DNA from: Tubiluchus corallicola
Taxonomy: Eukaryota > Animalia > Priapulida
Assembly (NCBI GenBank): GCA_030141605.1
Contig: JAQGDQ010000212.1
Span: 62,001-126,000 of the forward strand
Length of the DNA: 64,000 bases
Direction: 5' to 3'
The stretch's first letter is position 1; every line of letters starts with the position of its first letter. Shown in pieces: positions 12,441-26,334 of the stretch. Below the pieces are notes generated by a model. The model saw nothing but the letters and a program-made list of their open reading frames with translations, was not told the DNA's origin and ran no database searches. Position numbers and translations under genes: made by a program.

Positions 12441-12809
12441 GATGAACCTGAAACGTAAAAAGTTAACATTAGTTCTTCACTGAGTTAGTCAGTTAACTGA
12501 AAATGCATTTTAATTACTGTTTTACCAACTGGGTGCGACCAAATGGAATTAGGTGCCTCATTAATTAATTAATAAATTTAATTAATAGCAATGAGAATGG
12601 ATTGTAGTACCCGAAATTGCAGTATAAACGACATGCATAATTAATGAAAGTAAGACAAGTATGACAAGAGATTATCTGAAAGCAATAGTGATATGCAAAT
12701 ATTTAAAGAATGACGTCACATTACACTTGAGTCAGAACTGTTTACTTAGAAGTGTTCACAAGAGTGTCTTTTTCTTCTTTTTCAAGATCTCATTCAATCT
12801 GTTGTAGAC

Positions 12810-13200
12810 ATTCAGACATTTGTTAGAGGATTCCAGCCACTCCTACCTGCAGTTAAAAGCGTAAGTTTCTTCACTCCTAAAGATAGATTTGGTTGAAGTT
12901 GTTGAACATCTTTATTTACACTAGCTATTCACGTTGTTTTTCGTTTACCAGATTGTTTTTGCAAGGTTTTAAGGCTTCCTTTAAGGTGATTCTTACTGGT
13001 ACTTCATTTGGTAATCTTAGAAGATGACCTAGCCATCTTAATCCTCGGATCTTGACTTCTGAACTCCAAGAAAAATCTTTCGTTCTTGTGTATAAATCTT
13101 CATTTTTGATTATGTACGGCCATCATATCTTTAAAACTTTCTTTAAAAGACTATAAATGCTTCAATCAGCTTTTCTTCAGTAGTCGTGTCACAAGGTCAA
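12810..13200 (-). mobile_element. Decayed RTE-clade LINE 3' coding fragment
   Basis: Minus-strand translation WPYIIKNEDLYTRT...WSSEVKIRGLRWLGHLLRLPNEVPVRITLKEAL...GKRKTT*...VNKD matches the RLRWLGH...GRPKTTW C-terminal region of RTE ORFs. Confidence 0.85.
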
Positions 13201-13488
13201 AATTATTATGTTCTAATGAAAATCTTAATAATAATCTTAATTATTAACTCTTATTAGTTAGTAAGTAAGTAATAACTCTTAATTATTACAACTAATTATT
13301 AAAATTTAACTACATGTAAATGTTGTTAAGCTTGAGCATGGTAAGTGTACATTGTATTACTCAGTGGCTATGCTTTGTAATATTCTTCTAAATCATATGA
13401 AAGACGCACCATTTTTACATACTTTCAAAATATTTATTAAAACTTATTTTTTTGTGTATTGAATAGGCTAACATCAGACATCAGTTAC

Positions 13489-13670
<182 letters not shown>

Positions 13671-13899
13671 ATTCTTTTTTTAAAGTCAACATTTAACAAA
13701 CACTTATATCTCGTAATTAATATCTTTATTTAATAAAATTTGTTTCAGCTTACTTTGTGACGAACTTAATTTTACGTTTCTTTTAATACTAATTATGACT
13801 TCATTATTATCTGACAATTATTTTATTCTGTTGGAAAATCACGAACATATCTATTGTAATGTAATAAATATATGCAGTGTAATGAATGAAATGTATATA

Positions 13900-13946
<47 letters not shown>

Positions 13947-14062
13947 TAAGCACTGAATGCACTATCCTCATATAAGATGAGTATTAATTACTATTACTAT
14001 AAATGCAAAAGAAAAAATACAAAATTTTCTTTTAACTTTATGCTAGTCTTATTAATGTCTAA

Positions 14063-14275
14063 AGTGGCGTTAACGTAATATGCGATGCGGATGCGTTTTG
14101 CGGGGAGTGGAATAGAATAAATTAGTTTATATTATTTTAAATGCACCCGTTCTGCAGCTGCGGATGCGTTATTCTTTATCTGCAGCTATTTCCTACTGAT
14201 TTTTTCCGAAATATGTTCTGCATAAATAAACGCATCCGCATCCGCATCCTCGTCCCTATCTGGGTCAACACCACT
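14063..14275. mobile_element. Small Harbinger-like MITE
   Basis: TIR AGTGGCGTTAAC / GTCAACACCACT with TAA/TTA flanks and inverted GCGGATGCG subterminal motifs. Confidence 0.6.
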
Positions 14276-15097
14276 TTAAACTATACGGTTGGTTAAAGTT
14301 TCGCGCACCACGTCATTGCTACAAGAACAACGCCCCTTTCGTGTTGAACGCTTTCTTTTAAATTATGACGTGATCCACTGCATGCAATAGTTGGAATTTC
14401 TTGGTAGCAATTTGCAACTCTTTGCAACAATTGAGTTCCAATGGATGCACTTCTAAGCAATTTCTTGGTGCAATTATTGCAAAAGCAATTTCTTTGCAAA
14501 TGAATGTAGATGCAGTTTTCCTGTAATAAACCTTTACGTACTGCAAGAATTTTTTGGCTACTGTTAAAAAATATTTACTGTAGTAGGCCAGTAATTTCCA
14601 CTTAAAAGTATGAATGTGACGTCACGCCTGGATTCTTTGCTAGTGAATGCAATTCGTGCAACTTTAAGTAATATCTTGCAATTGGGTGCAAGTTGATGCA
14701 ATAGGCAGTTTGGCATCTGCAAACGTACCTGTCCCGAATTTGCAGAATATTAAACAGCATTAACTTGCACCTAATTGCAAAACATTATTTATTAGTGCAC
14801 GATGTCGCATTTCGTGGTAAAAATTGCTTACCATTGCATTAAGATGCGTGCTTACAAATGTAGCACACCCAGCATTTGCAAGGTGTAGGTGTTTGTTTGC
14901 CATCGCACGCGTTTTAATGCAACGGTAAGCAATTCTTTGCAAAAAATGTGACATCTCGCACTAGTAAGTAACTTTTTGCAATTGGGTGCAAGTTTATGCA
15001 CTTTCCAGTTTCACATTGTTTCACATTTTACAACTTGAGGAATTTATGAACAGTACTTTCCAAATGAACGCAACTCAATGCACATCCTTGAAACTCT

Positions 15098-15725
15098 ACG
15101 ACAGACTTAGGTCAGCGCGTCCTTCTTCAATTCCTTACAATTGGATCAGACACAGAGAGCTTGCTTGAACTTTGTCGTAACAAGTTTTTATCCTGATAAG
15201 TTTAAGCTGCGCTACACCTGTCCAAATAATCGCTTTACTGATCAGACTGGCTTAGCGAAAACGCGCTTTTTAACGACAGACTTAGGTCAGCGCGTCCTTC
15301 TTCAATTCCTTACAATTGGATCAAACTAAGAGAGCTTGCTTGAACTTTGTCGTAACAAGTTTTTATCCGGATAAGTTTAAGCTGCGCTACACCTGTCCAA
15401 ATAATCGCTTTACTGATCAGACTGGCTTAGCGAAAACGCGCTTTTTAACGACAGACTTAGGTCAGCGCGTCCCTCTTCAATTCCTTACAATTGGATCAGA
15501 CACAGAGAGCTTGCTTGAACTTTGTCGTAACACGTTTTTACCCCGGATAAGTTTAAGCTGAGCTACACCTGTCCAAATAATCGCTTTACTGATCAGACTG
15601 CCTTAGCGAAAACGCGCTTTTTAATCCAAGTTTTTATCCGGATAACTTTAAGCTGCGCTACACCTGTCCAAATAATCGCTTTACTGATCAGACTGGCTTA
15701 GCGAAAACGCGCTTTTTAATCCAAC
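15098..15725. repeat. 175-bp tandem repeat (about 3 units plus a partial)
   Basis: acgacagacttaggtcagcgcgtcc at 15098, 15273 and 15448. Confidence 0.93.
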
Positions 15726-16009
15726 TAAACGCATCGGGGAAAATACATCTCCATTACTAGACATAAAAGTAGCAACTCGGAGCGTCATTAGTGTTACAGA
15801 CCATCATCTGAAGACACGACTGATCGTGTCGTAACACGTTATTGACAGCAGAGACAGACATTAAAGTAATAGTAGCAGAGCGATAAATCCAAAGAGGTTC
15901 CCAACTACGCTTTTGTACGTGAAACCTCTTTTTGTTAAGCCTGAAAACTGCGAAGTCGGTTGCATATCATCTGATTCAGCAAAAAATGAGATCATTGATA
16001 CACAAATAA

Positions 16010-17000
16010 TTGGTTTTGTGAAATGGATTAAGGGGTGATGATGACGTAATTTGGCCACTTCGTGTGTTACGACGTCAATAATTGATTTTGTGTAATGGAT
16101 TGAGTGGTACTGATGACGTAATTTGGCCACTTCTTGTGTTCCAAGGCCACTAATCATACCGCCAAATGAAAGCCCACATATGTGAAATGGACAGAGGGCT
16201 ACTGATGACAGAATTTGGCCACTTTTTGTGTTCCAAGGCCACTAATCATACCGCCAAATGAAAGCCCAAATATGTGAAATGGACAGAGGGGTACAAATGA
16301 CCTAATTTGGCCACTTCGTGCGTTCCAAGGCCACTAATCATAATACGAAATGAAAGCCCACATATGTGAAATGGACAGAGGGCTACTGATGACAGAATCT
16401 GGCCACTTTTTGTGTTCCAAGGCCACTAATCATCCCGCCAAATGAAAGCCCAAATATGTGAAATGGACAGAGGGGTACAAATGACCTAATGTGGCCACTT
16501 CGTGCGTTCCAAGGCCACTAATCATAATACGAAATGAAAGCCCACATATGTGAAATGGACAGAGGGCTACTGATGACAGAATTTGGCCACTTCTTGTGTT
16601 CCAAGGCCACTAATCATACCGCCAAATGAAAGCCCAAATATGTGAAATGGACAGAGGGGTACAAATGACCTAATTTGGCCACTTCGTGCGTTCCAAGGTC
16701 ATTAATCATACTACCAAATGAAAGCCCACATATGTGAAATGGACAGAGGGCTACTGATAACGTAATTTACCTCTTCGTGTGTTCCAAGGCCACTAATCAT
16801 ACCACAAAATGAAAGCCCACATATGTGAAATGGACAGAGGGCTACTGATGACGTAATTTGACCACTTCGTATGTTCCAAGGCCACTAATCATACCACCGA
16901 ATGAAAGCCCACATATGTAAAATGGACAGAGGGCTACTGATGACGTAATTTGACCACTTCGTGTGTTCCAAGGTCACGAATCACACCACAAAATGAAAAC
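16010..17000. repeat. 92-bp tandem repeat with a 184-bp dimer pattern
   Basis: ccaaggccac at 16141, 16233, 16325 and onward. Units alternate ctactgatgac and gtacaaatgac. Confidence 0.95.
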
Positions 17001-17944
17001 CTACGTATAAGTTCATATTAGTCCCTACTAGTACCCAAGCGTCTCTCTGTGAACGTTTTGGAGTTATAAGCCTCCATAGCGCAGGAACATTTCTTGACCT
17101 TTTAATGTCCCGGAACAGCATGGCCAAATTGCAAATTTTCATGATTAAGTAATTAAGGCATTTACTGATTATGTTGAAGACACGATGAACAATGTACTAT
17201 GTAATGATCATATCATTAAAAATGAGGCATATCATTAAGAATGACAACTTATTTCAAATATTAATCATTGAAGTTTTCATTTAAATAACTGAAATAACTA
17301 ACAGGAAGATTTAATAATGTTTGTTTTATCAGTAATTGTTTTGTTTGTCTGTAGTGTCATCATATTTCAAAATTGAAATTGTATGTATGTCTTGTTTTTT
17401 CTTGTATTGTACATAATTTTGGCACTAATAAATATTATTATTATAAAGAAGAATTATTTCTGAAAGTTTGGCAGCTGTATTCAGCCAGAGAGCTATTTTC
17501 CGCTAACAATTCAATTCAATTCAATTCAAGTTTTTATTTGGATAACTAAGACCATTTAAAATACAAATACTGTACTAAAATGAAATAAAATACAATGAAA
17601 TAAAAATTACAAGAGTAAATATATGTACAGGACTAGTAAATTAAGAGCTAATAAATTTTAAAGGCTATTTATGTAATAATTTGTTCCATTTCACAAAAAA
17701 TCAAGATTTGACAAGTCTATGTGAGTTAATAATAGCAGTTATAATACTATTGCCAGTATTCAGTAGTAAGCTATTTCGAACGCTATAATTCGAACAGATC
17801 GGATTATATTATTATATGATTATAATAAGACTCTTCACAGTTCTAGTGATTGACGATGATCGTGAAAAGGTCAAAGGTTAAGTGTACCAGACAACGCATT
17901 TGTGTACACTTGACAACGCCTCGCAGCCTATGCTGTAATATAAT

Positions 17945-19860
17945 TTATTAACTTTTTGAATATTTTTTGCATATATTTGAATTATGCATTTTACATAATT
18001 ATCAAATGCATCTTACAAATAAAAGATCATCAAAATTACTAAAAAAATTAATTCATAAGATATTTAAGGCAATGACACATTGATTGATTAAAACTACATT
18101 AAATATGACAAAAAAGAAAAACAATAAAAACACAGAAAATTTAGTAAAATAATAACAGCAATGCCATAAAACATGCACAGTCATAAAAAAATGTAATATT
18201 ATCTCAACTACAAAAGGCTTCGTAAAATTAGTAAGTTTTCAGACTTTTTTAAGATTATCATTCGAATTGATTGGGCGCAATTGCAGGGGCAAAGAATTCC
18301 ACAATTTGGGGGCAGCAGACCGAATGCTTTATCACCGCATGTGACTAGTCTGGTATGTGGAACTTCAAGATTACTTCTGTGTAAGCTAGATCTTAATGCT
18401 GTGCGAGGGACATACAGTTTAAGAAAGTCTGATATGTAAGTAGGGGCCAGACCATTTGTTGCTTTGTAATTTATCAAATTTATTTTAAACATAATTGTGT
18501 ACTCAATAGGCACCAGTGCAGTTGTCTGAGTATTGGAGTGATATGGTCAAATTTTCGACAGCGAGTGATCAACCTAGCAGCTGAATTGTGTACGTGTTGA
18601 GGCTTTTGAATTTGGTAGAGAGGAAGAAAATATAATAAACTATTGCAGTAATCCAGTCGGGAACTAACAAAAGCAAGTACTAGGATTTCACAAGTATCTT
18701 TCGTGAGAAATGTTCTAATTTTTGATATATTTCCCAGACAAAAATATGAAGAGTTGCAAACACTGTTAACGCGAATGGCCACCGATAGACAGTCGTCCAT
18801 AATTACACCAAGGTTCCTAACACTACTAGATATTAGAGGTGAGCATCGAAAAGTTAGAGTTCGAACGTTCGAATCGAATTCGAACGAGTTTTTTTTATTT
18901 CGAACTCGATTCGAATCCAAAACTATAGATTCGAATAATTCAGCACTTCAATCACATATGTTCCTGATCACTAAAACGATTGAAACAACATGCAATTAGC
19001 ATAATTTAGCAGTGATTTCTGTGCATAATTTCAAACAAATTGCTAGTCGTTTTACTGCAGAAGAAAATCTAGTGATACACATGATCTTTGTAAGACTAAT
19101 TTTTACTGGTGGTTCGAAAACTTGTTCGAAAATCATTCAATCTCAATTCGAATTCGGTTTCGAATTCGAAACACTGAAGTTCGGTTCGATTCGAATTCGC
19201 TTTCTGGTAGAGAATGCTCACCCCTACTAGATATCTGGATACGATTACTGTCTACCACAATGGAGAATTGACTAATTTTTGAAAGTTGACGCTGAGTTCC
19301 AAAAATAATTATTTCGGTTTTGTCATTATATAGTTTTTTGAAAATTATTTAACATCCAAACACGGATTTCAGATACACAGTTTTCCAGAATTTCCCTTGA
19401 AGAGTTACTATCATCCGAATTGCCGGTTTCCATTGTAAGACATAACTGAGTGTCATCTGCATAAAAGTGGAATGCAACCCCACGGGGCGTAAGAATATCA
19501 ACAAGTGGTGCCGTGTAAATAGAAAAAAAACATAGGGCCCAAAACCGATCCCTGCGGGATACCCTACTTCTGAATCACTTCAGGAGACCTGGTCCTGTTA
19601 ATACTGACTGACTGTTTCTATCAAACAAATAGACCTAATGAGATCAAGTACCCGTGCCAGTTATATGACACCTGTTTTTAAGTCTATTCAGAAGCACTGC
19701 ATGGTCCAGTGTCAAATGCTAATCCTTTGTCCATTGAATTCAAAACATCAGGTTCGGCGTTCAATAACGCAGTTTCAGTGCTATGATTAGCACGATATGC
19801 AGATTGCATGGATTCCATAAGGCTGTGAGAGTTGAGATAAGAAGTTAACTGATTAGTAAC
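17945..19860 (-). mobile_element. 5'-truncated, decayed L2-clade LINE (reverse transcriptase 3' half and 3' UTR)
   Basis: Minus-strand peptides QSAYRANHSTETALL, GIPQGSVLGP, FYADDTQL, VRNLGVIMD, AFVSSRLDYCNSLL, DHITPILRQLHW and GLAPTYISD, with frameshifts. Confidence 0.93.
18834..19226. mobile_element. hAT-type MITE, copy 2, inserted in an L2 LINE
   Basis: Same TIRs and internal sequence as 2228-2668. Exact 8-bp TSD CTAGATAT (18826-18833, 19227-19234). Confidence 0.92.
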
Positions 19861-20614
19861 TTTTGTTCTAATAGCAACTACTGTAATTAGCAACTACTGT
19901 TGTAATAGTAACAGTTTTAACAGCTAGCTAGAACCTTACCTAGTTCATATTTTCTTGTTTCCAAGCACAAACAAGATCCTGCTAGTAAATCACTCTATGA
20001 GCAGACTACTGCATAATTAAGTAAAGTCCACGTAAAACAACTGACGTTACACAACTTACGCGGCAGACGGCTTTGCTTTACGTATTATAGCTGGTATAAG
20101 TTGTCGTACAAAGGCATACGTATAAAACTTATAATTGCATAGTTACTGAACTAATGCTTTGCGATACCCACATGTCGCGTGACGATTGTAATTAAGACGC
20201 GTTGCTGTGGTACACTTAACCTTTGACCTACAGCAACTGCGCGTGCTTGCAACGAAACTATGAAAGGCTTATTTAGCTGTTTAAACTCAATAATTACCAT
20301 AATTAACTGCTCAAACTGACCAGAAACGTTCCTGTTACAAATTACATTCTTGTAAACGTTCATCTAAATTACATAGTTATCGTTGCAACGTCCAGGCGCT
20401 GGCAGAACTAATTCAACATTCCCTGGTTCATCACCTTAACTTAGATGAAATCCTATCTGCTTGGCTTCCTGTTAATCCCGGGGGAAATCCGGATCAGAGC
20501 CAATCACTGGCTTCCCGACAGTGTGGGCTGTCATTCAACATTGACTGGTCACGTGATCACGTGGGCTGTCATTCGATGTTGACCCTTTACGTTTCGTAGA
20601 ACTAATTAAAAAAA

Positions 20615-21022
20615 TCTCTGCGTTAAAGCACAAGAAAATCCTCCACTTACATACTGCCTTTTTGCATACAGGGCTTGCATCAGCAGTAATGCTGTATAAA
20701 ACTTGTAAATTTGAACTCCGGCGATCACCGTTAGACGCATCCATTTTGACGATAGGTCGTTTTAAAAAAAGTTTAAATAACATTGAGTAAAGTTTGAAAA
20801 AATAATCAGAGAATTCCCAGCACACATGTTACTAACTAAGTAAAATTTTTAATTACTGTACTTGTCAATAAGATTCAAAATACGTTTTTTGGTTAGTGAG
20901 TGACGCACCCTGGAGGGTGAGACAGCGACATCTTACCAATTGGCACAAGCATTTTAAATTATTATTTCTAGTTACACGAGTCTTTCCAGCGGGTAAGCGA
21001 AAAGCTAAGTAATATAGATTTG
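20615..21022 (-). mobile_element. Kolobok-like family B, partial copy in opposite orientation
   Basis: TTAA-AGCACAAGAAAA terminus, reverse-complement similarity to 3430-3860. Confidence 0.7.
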
Positions 21023-21479
21023 TATTGCGCGCATTACAATTTCTTCATGTATGGGCAGCATTAGTGATGGACAAGCTGACCATTCTGACCACACATGATG
21101 TCAGGTTATGAGCGAAAATTCAATAAATTTCAGGTAACTCAGGTAATCCAGGTAATTCAGGTGCGCCTGTCCTTTATAATAACCGCAGAACAAAAATTTC
21201 CAGGTGTAACTAGGGTTTATTAATTAAAAAGCCTTTCATCATTACATTTGTAGGACGATTACCTGGTATTATGTAGTATTAGTCTCCATTGTGAGTGTGT
21301 ACCTGGTACACCTGAGCTTACTATTTTACCTAAAGCACAATAAATTGGCAATTATCTTTTGTAAACTTATGTGTTTTTCTGCTCAAAGAAACCACGAGGA
21401 ATAAATATGTGAAGAAAAGGAAATAAGAAGAAGCCACAAAGAAAAAGAAAATTCCTTACTGGATGTTATGATGTTTGGA

Positions 21480-21631
21480 GTGAGAGTGACAGAGGAGAGA
21501 GAGAGAAAGAGAGAGAGAGTGACAAAGAGAGAGAGTGACAAAGAGAGAGAGAGAGAGAGTGAGAGAGAGCGAGAGAGAGAGAGAGAGAGAGAGTAGAGAG
21601 ATTGACAGAAGGTAAAAAAGAGAGAGAGTGA

Positions 21632-21675
<44 letters not shown>

Positions 21676-21773
21676 GAGAGAGAAACTGACAGAAGGTAAT
21701 AGAAAGAAGAGGAGACAGAGAGAAAGAGAGAGAAAAAAGAGAGAAAGATAAATAGACAGATAGAAAGGCAGAT

Positions 21774-21848
<75 letters not shown>

Positions 21849-21875
21849 AAGAGACAGAGAGAAAGTGAGAGAGGG
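21480..21875. repeat. (GA)n-rich tract
   Basis: Directly visible. Confidence 0.95.
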
Positions 21876-22129
21876 AAGCCGAGTTACTTTGATTCATATT
21901 GAATTGCTCTATAGATAAACCTGATGAGTTTGCTAAAAAATGAGTAATAATAATAAATGTGAGTCACCAACAAAGTCTCCAAAGAAGTGGAATGACACTT
22001 CTCCGACGTCACATTTGCACAACGGGCCTGAGAACAAAGGGCCTGATTTCCCATGAAATTATCATACTGACGTCATTATCGTAACTCGTTATCCACAGGT
22101 CAATGCTATTCTTGCACGTCGTGCACGTA

Positions 22130-22650
22130 TTTGAAGTACAATGTTACAGTTCAAATTAATAAACTAGAAAGGAGCAAGCACACCACCCTGAGGAACACCC
22201 ATGCATGTTATATTTGCACATTGGTGATGTGTTGTAAGTACAATGTTGCAGTACAAATCAATAAACTAGAAAGGAGCAAGCACACTACCCTGAGGAACAC
22301 AAACCAATGTTATGTTTGCACATTGGGCATGTGTTTGAAGTACAATTTTGCAATACAAATCAGTAAATTACAATGGAGCAAGCACATTTTCGTGCAGAAT
22401 GCCCACAAATGTTATTTTTTCACATTGGGCATGTGTTTGAAGTACAATGTTCCAGTGAAAATCAATAAACTAGAAAGGAGCTAGAACATCACCATGAGGA
22501 ACACCTATCAATGTTACGCTTGCACATTGGGCACGTGTTTGAAGTGTAACGTTGCTGCACAAGTCAATAAACTAGAAAGGAGCTAGCACATTGCCCGGCA
22601 GAACGCCGCATCGTCAATATTATTGCCGTACATGTTTGAACTACAATGTT
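22130..22650. repeat. 102-bp tandem repeat (about 5 units)
   Basis: aataaactagaaaggagc at 22158, 22260, 22464 and 22566. Confidence 0.9.
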
Positions 22651-25003
22651 ACACGATATTAGACTCTCGTTGTCACAGAGACCACTTTCTATTTAACTTT
22701 CATTACACTTCGCAAACCAAAGCACCAGAGCAAACACTCCTCTGGCTTCTCCAGAGAAAGAATCTCCAACAAAGAATGAGAGGAAAAACGATCTGATGAC
22801 ACGGCAAGCGAGTCACAATCTTCGCATGTCTTTGACCATCAAAAGCTATAACCACTAACCAGGGAATATGAGTGCAAATTGAAGGTTCTGAAACTCGTAT
22901 CGATCATGCAACCTGGACTGTTTTCTTTCTACCTTGTTACTTTCTATTTTTATAACCTGTTCTAGACCGATAGATTGATTATAATTTTATTTCAGATAAG
23001 AAAGTCCGTATAAAAATACAATAATAAAATCGTTAGGCTTACGGAACAAAATTGATGACCTCCATTTCGCATGCAGTGTACAATTTAGAAGTATAAAAAT
23101 GCCGATTTCTAAAAGAAAATACAAACTTGCGCATAAGTACGTCAAAATATGCGGTGTCTAAATATACCGTCATTTTTATCTAAATCATGTTCTTGAAAAT
23201 ACATACCTCAAACAATAATATGGTTAAAATGTTATTATATCTTGCTTGATGGTAAAAAAACTAACTAACAGAAATAGGAAAGATACCACATAGAAAACAA
23301 CACATTTCTAATAAATGACAAAACACAGAGCCACAAGTAAATGAATTTTTTAATTCATTTAAAGTTTATTTCAGTGAATAATAATGCTATATAAATATAA
23401 AATTTACAGTAGGAATTAACAAAGATTATATGGCTTGCACTATTAAAAGAGCTGCAAATATACACAAAAAACAGAATAAATACGATATTTTTTTTAGCTT
23501 TTTTTGATAATTAATCAAGAAATTATTTAATAAGAAATTGGTAGAAATAATTAATTTTAATATTACCTTTTAAAAAACCACAAGGTAAGCAACACAAGAA
23601 GCACAAACCACAATAGCTCAATAATAAAAACGAAAAATATCGCAATGTATTGATATATATATAACGATATATAACGATATATATATATATATTGATAACT
23701 CTTCCTGTTTTTGATAACTTCGTTTTTCCGTACTAATATGTAGTGCGTATTTTATAATTATAATTAATTTATTATTTGCTTGTATTTGAATAATTTGTGT
23801 AATTGTATTATCGTTATATGTTGTTATCGTTGTCATCGATAACTATTATTATTATTAACAACAACAACAATATATCTTGAAGCTGTAGACTGTACCAGGG
23901 TCTAAAGTTCAGCTTAAAACTGTTCAAGGTGCTGATTTAGTTATCGTCATCATCATCATCCCAGAGAATAATAACGATAACGGAACAGCTTCTCAACTGT
24001 TGTTGTGTTTGTAAAATTACAGAGAGACACATTTGCTGAGAGACGAGTTGAGAGCCTGTCAGCTTTAATCACCGTAAGCTCCTGTGTTGCTGAAGTAGAA
24101 GAGATTTATAGGCGCCATCTATCGACTTCCGAGAAAATTTACAGCCTCATTTTCATATCAATGATCCGTCTAATTATAATTGTATCTTTAATTAGAGTTA
24201 ATTAGTGTTAGGTATTAATCTTATGTGAGCAGGCTTATTTATACTGGCGTGGAAGTGAGAAAGAAGAACAGATTAATAAATCTCAAAGAACCCAGCATGC
24301 TTCCTTGCGAAACACAGCGTCACTGCCCTACCAAAGGCTCATACGTACTTGTCAGCTATAATTTGCAGACTTTTGGTAACAATCTTACATTGCCGTTGCT
24401 AGAAAAAATATTTTCCAGTGTCGTCATCATCATTATCATTGTCGTCAAAGCTGTCGTACCACAAGTTCTTTAGATAGTGCTTTCTTGACTGCTATTTTCT
24501 ATCAATTGCTTAAATAAGTACCAGTAGATGGCGCGTTTCTAAACTCTAAATGACTTTTCTAAGAACAACAAAGTGATGACGTAGTGGTTCACTTACCGAT
24601 CACAACATCTCAATTTACCCTTAATTAATATTACAATTTCCAGTCACGCAAGCCGCCACAAGAGAGGGCAGCTATAAGGAGAACAGCGCCTCTGGCGGCC
24701 GGCGGGGCGATTTTTTGTCTTCCCGAACAGGTTTAGTTGGTTAGTTTGTTTTTTTGAGTTTCAAATCATTATTACCTCCGACGCACTAGCCAGAAGGGCT
24801 TATTTTACAAAGGGGGTGCTGATCATGCGATGGCAGGACGCCCCTTATGCTGAATTGATTAATTGTGACGCAAATGTATCGAATCAACAGAACGTCTCGG
24901 TCAATCATCGTACAAAGGCAATTATCTATGTACGTAGTAGCCTAGGCATTGTGTTGTAGATTGTTCAGAATTGACCCAAATGAATAAACGGTTAGTGAGT
25001 TAA

Positions 25004-25575
25004 AGGAAGACAGGATGATTTTTCACAGACTATCCCATTTTCAAGTCGGATAAAAACTGTACATTTTAATACGATTAATACTGCAAAAGCGTTTGTGATA
25101 ATTAAATATTACATTAAAAACTTAATTAACGGCGGGCGAACCCAACTATTGATGACATCACAAACTAACGTAATTTTTAATAGCAAAAATATTCCACGAG
25201 CGTGTTGCACGTGTTTGCGAAAGCGAAAATTGAAGAACAGTGCTACAGTAAGATATTCAGTGTGTTGTAATGAAACTAGGCAAGTTTTAAGATAAAAATT
25301 TAAATTTCATGTTACGAGTGAGTTGTTGAACGTGTGTAGTTTGTCACAAACTAACACATCTGAACTGAGAGGTACAGAACCTGTTTTTTGTATAATGCGA
25401 AAGGAGAAATGCATATAACGGCAAAGAACTAGTGGGGCAAACGTGAAATTGTGTTTCTTCTGTTTCTGAAAAAATTCTTTCACGTAAGTCATTTTTGAAA
25501 AGCTTTTTAAAAATTTCAATATTTTAAAAAGCGGATTGTTTTCACCTGCAGTTTAAGATCGAGTCCGGTTTTAGT
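25004..25575. mobile_element. Kolobok-like element, family A copy 2
   Basis: Flanked by TTAA on both sides, AGG terminus, homologous to 1317-1940. Confidence 0.72.
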
Positions 25576-25799
25576 TTAAGGCAGTAACTTTGCAGAGCTA
25601 AACAAGTGATGTTAGGGGAACGTTTTGAGTTTAATTTATTGACATTAATTAGCAAACGGCACGACACATGTGCGACTCTAGTTAGACAAACTTCAGTCTC
25701 CCTTGCCTGAAAATTACTTTAGAAATAAGAGTGTTTTAATATCGGGTTCCATAAAAAGCAAGAAATATGGACAAATTCACCGCGTGAGTAGTGCGTAAA

Positions 25800-26330
25800 C
25801 GAACAAAAGAAATACAGCACTAAAGCACTAAATTATAAGAACAAATACGGCACTAAAGCACTAAATTATAAGAACAAATACGGCACTAAAGCACTAAAGC
25901 AACTTACACTGAAGCGTTAATAAAAAATAATATAGCACCAATGCACTAAAGTACTAAAGCACTAAGTAAGAAGAAATGCACCACAGAACTAAGTCACGTA
26001 ATACTGAAGTACTAAGGTACTAAATAAAAAGAAATACAGCACCAAAGTACTGAGTCATACTTAAACACGGAAGTACCAAAGTACTAAATAAGAATGAATA
26101 CAGCACAAAAGTACTAAGTCATACCTAATACTGAAGCACTAATGTACCATATAGGAAGAAATACAGCACCAAAGTACTAAGACGATGAAGACTGAAGCAC
26201 TAAGGTAATAAATAGGAAGAAGTACAGCACCGAAGTACAAAAGCACTAAGCACTAAATAAGAAGAAATATAACACCAAAGTACTCATGCACAAAGCACTG
26301 AAGCACTAAACACCAAACAAGAAGCAACAC
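25800..26330. repeat. Degenerate AAGCACTA-based minisatellite (~60-bp period)
   Basis: Recurrent aagaaatacagcacc...aagtactaa. Confidence 0.75.
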
Positions 26331-26334
26331 TGTA

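Larger units (their letters stand above)
17824..20273 (+). mobile_element. Same ~390-bp MITE, split by the L2 LINE insertion (halves 17824-17940 and ~19876-20273)
   Basis: The left half ends ...cgcagcctatgctgtaata. The right half resumes tgttgtaatagtaacagtttt... and ends tgaaaggcttatt. Confidence 0.8.

Noticed and set aside
12745-12846. Apparent minus-strand exon (TTTTAACTGCAG|GTAGG)
   Set aside because: Stops in all frames. The sequence is the tail of the RTE fragment.
15098-15725. Retrozyme-sized 175-bp repeat with CTGATCAG...CGAAAACGCGC...GCGCGTC
   Set aside because: The core box is CTGATCA rather than CTGANGA, there is an extra A in the GAAA box, and no stem I pairing.
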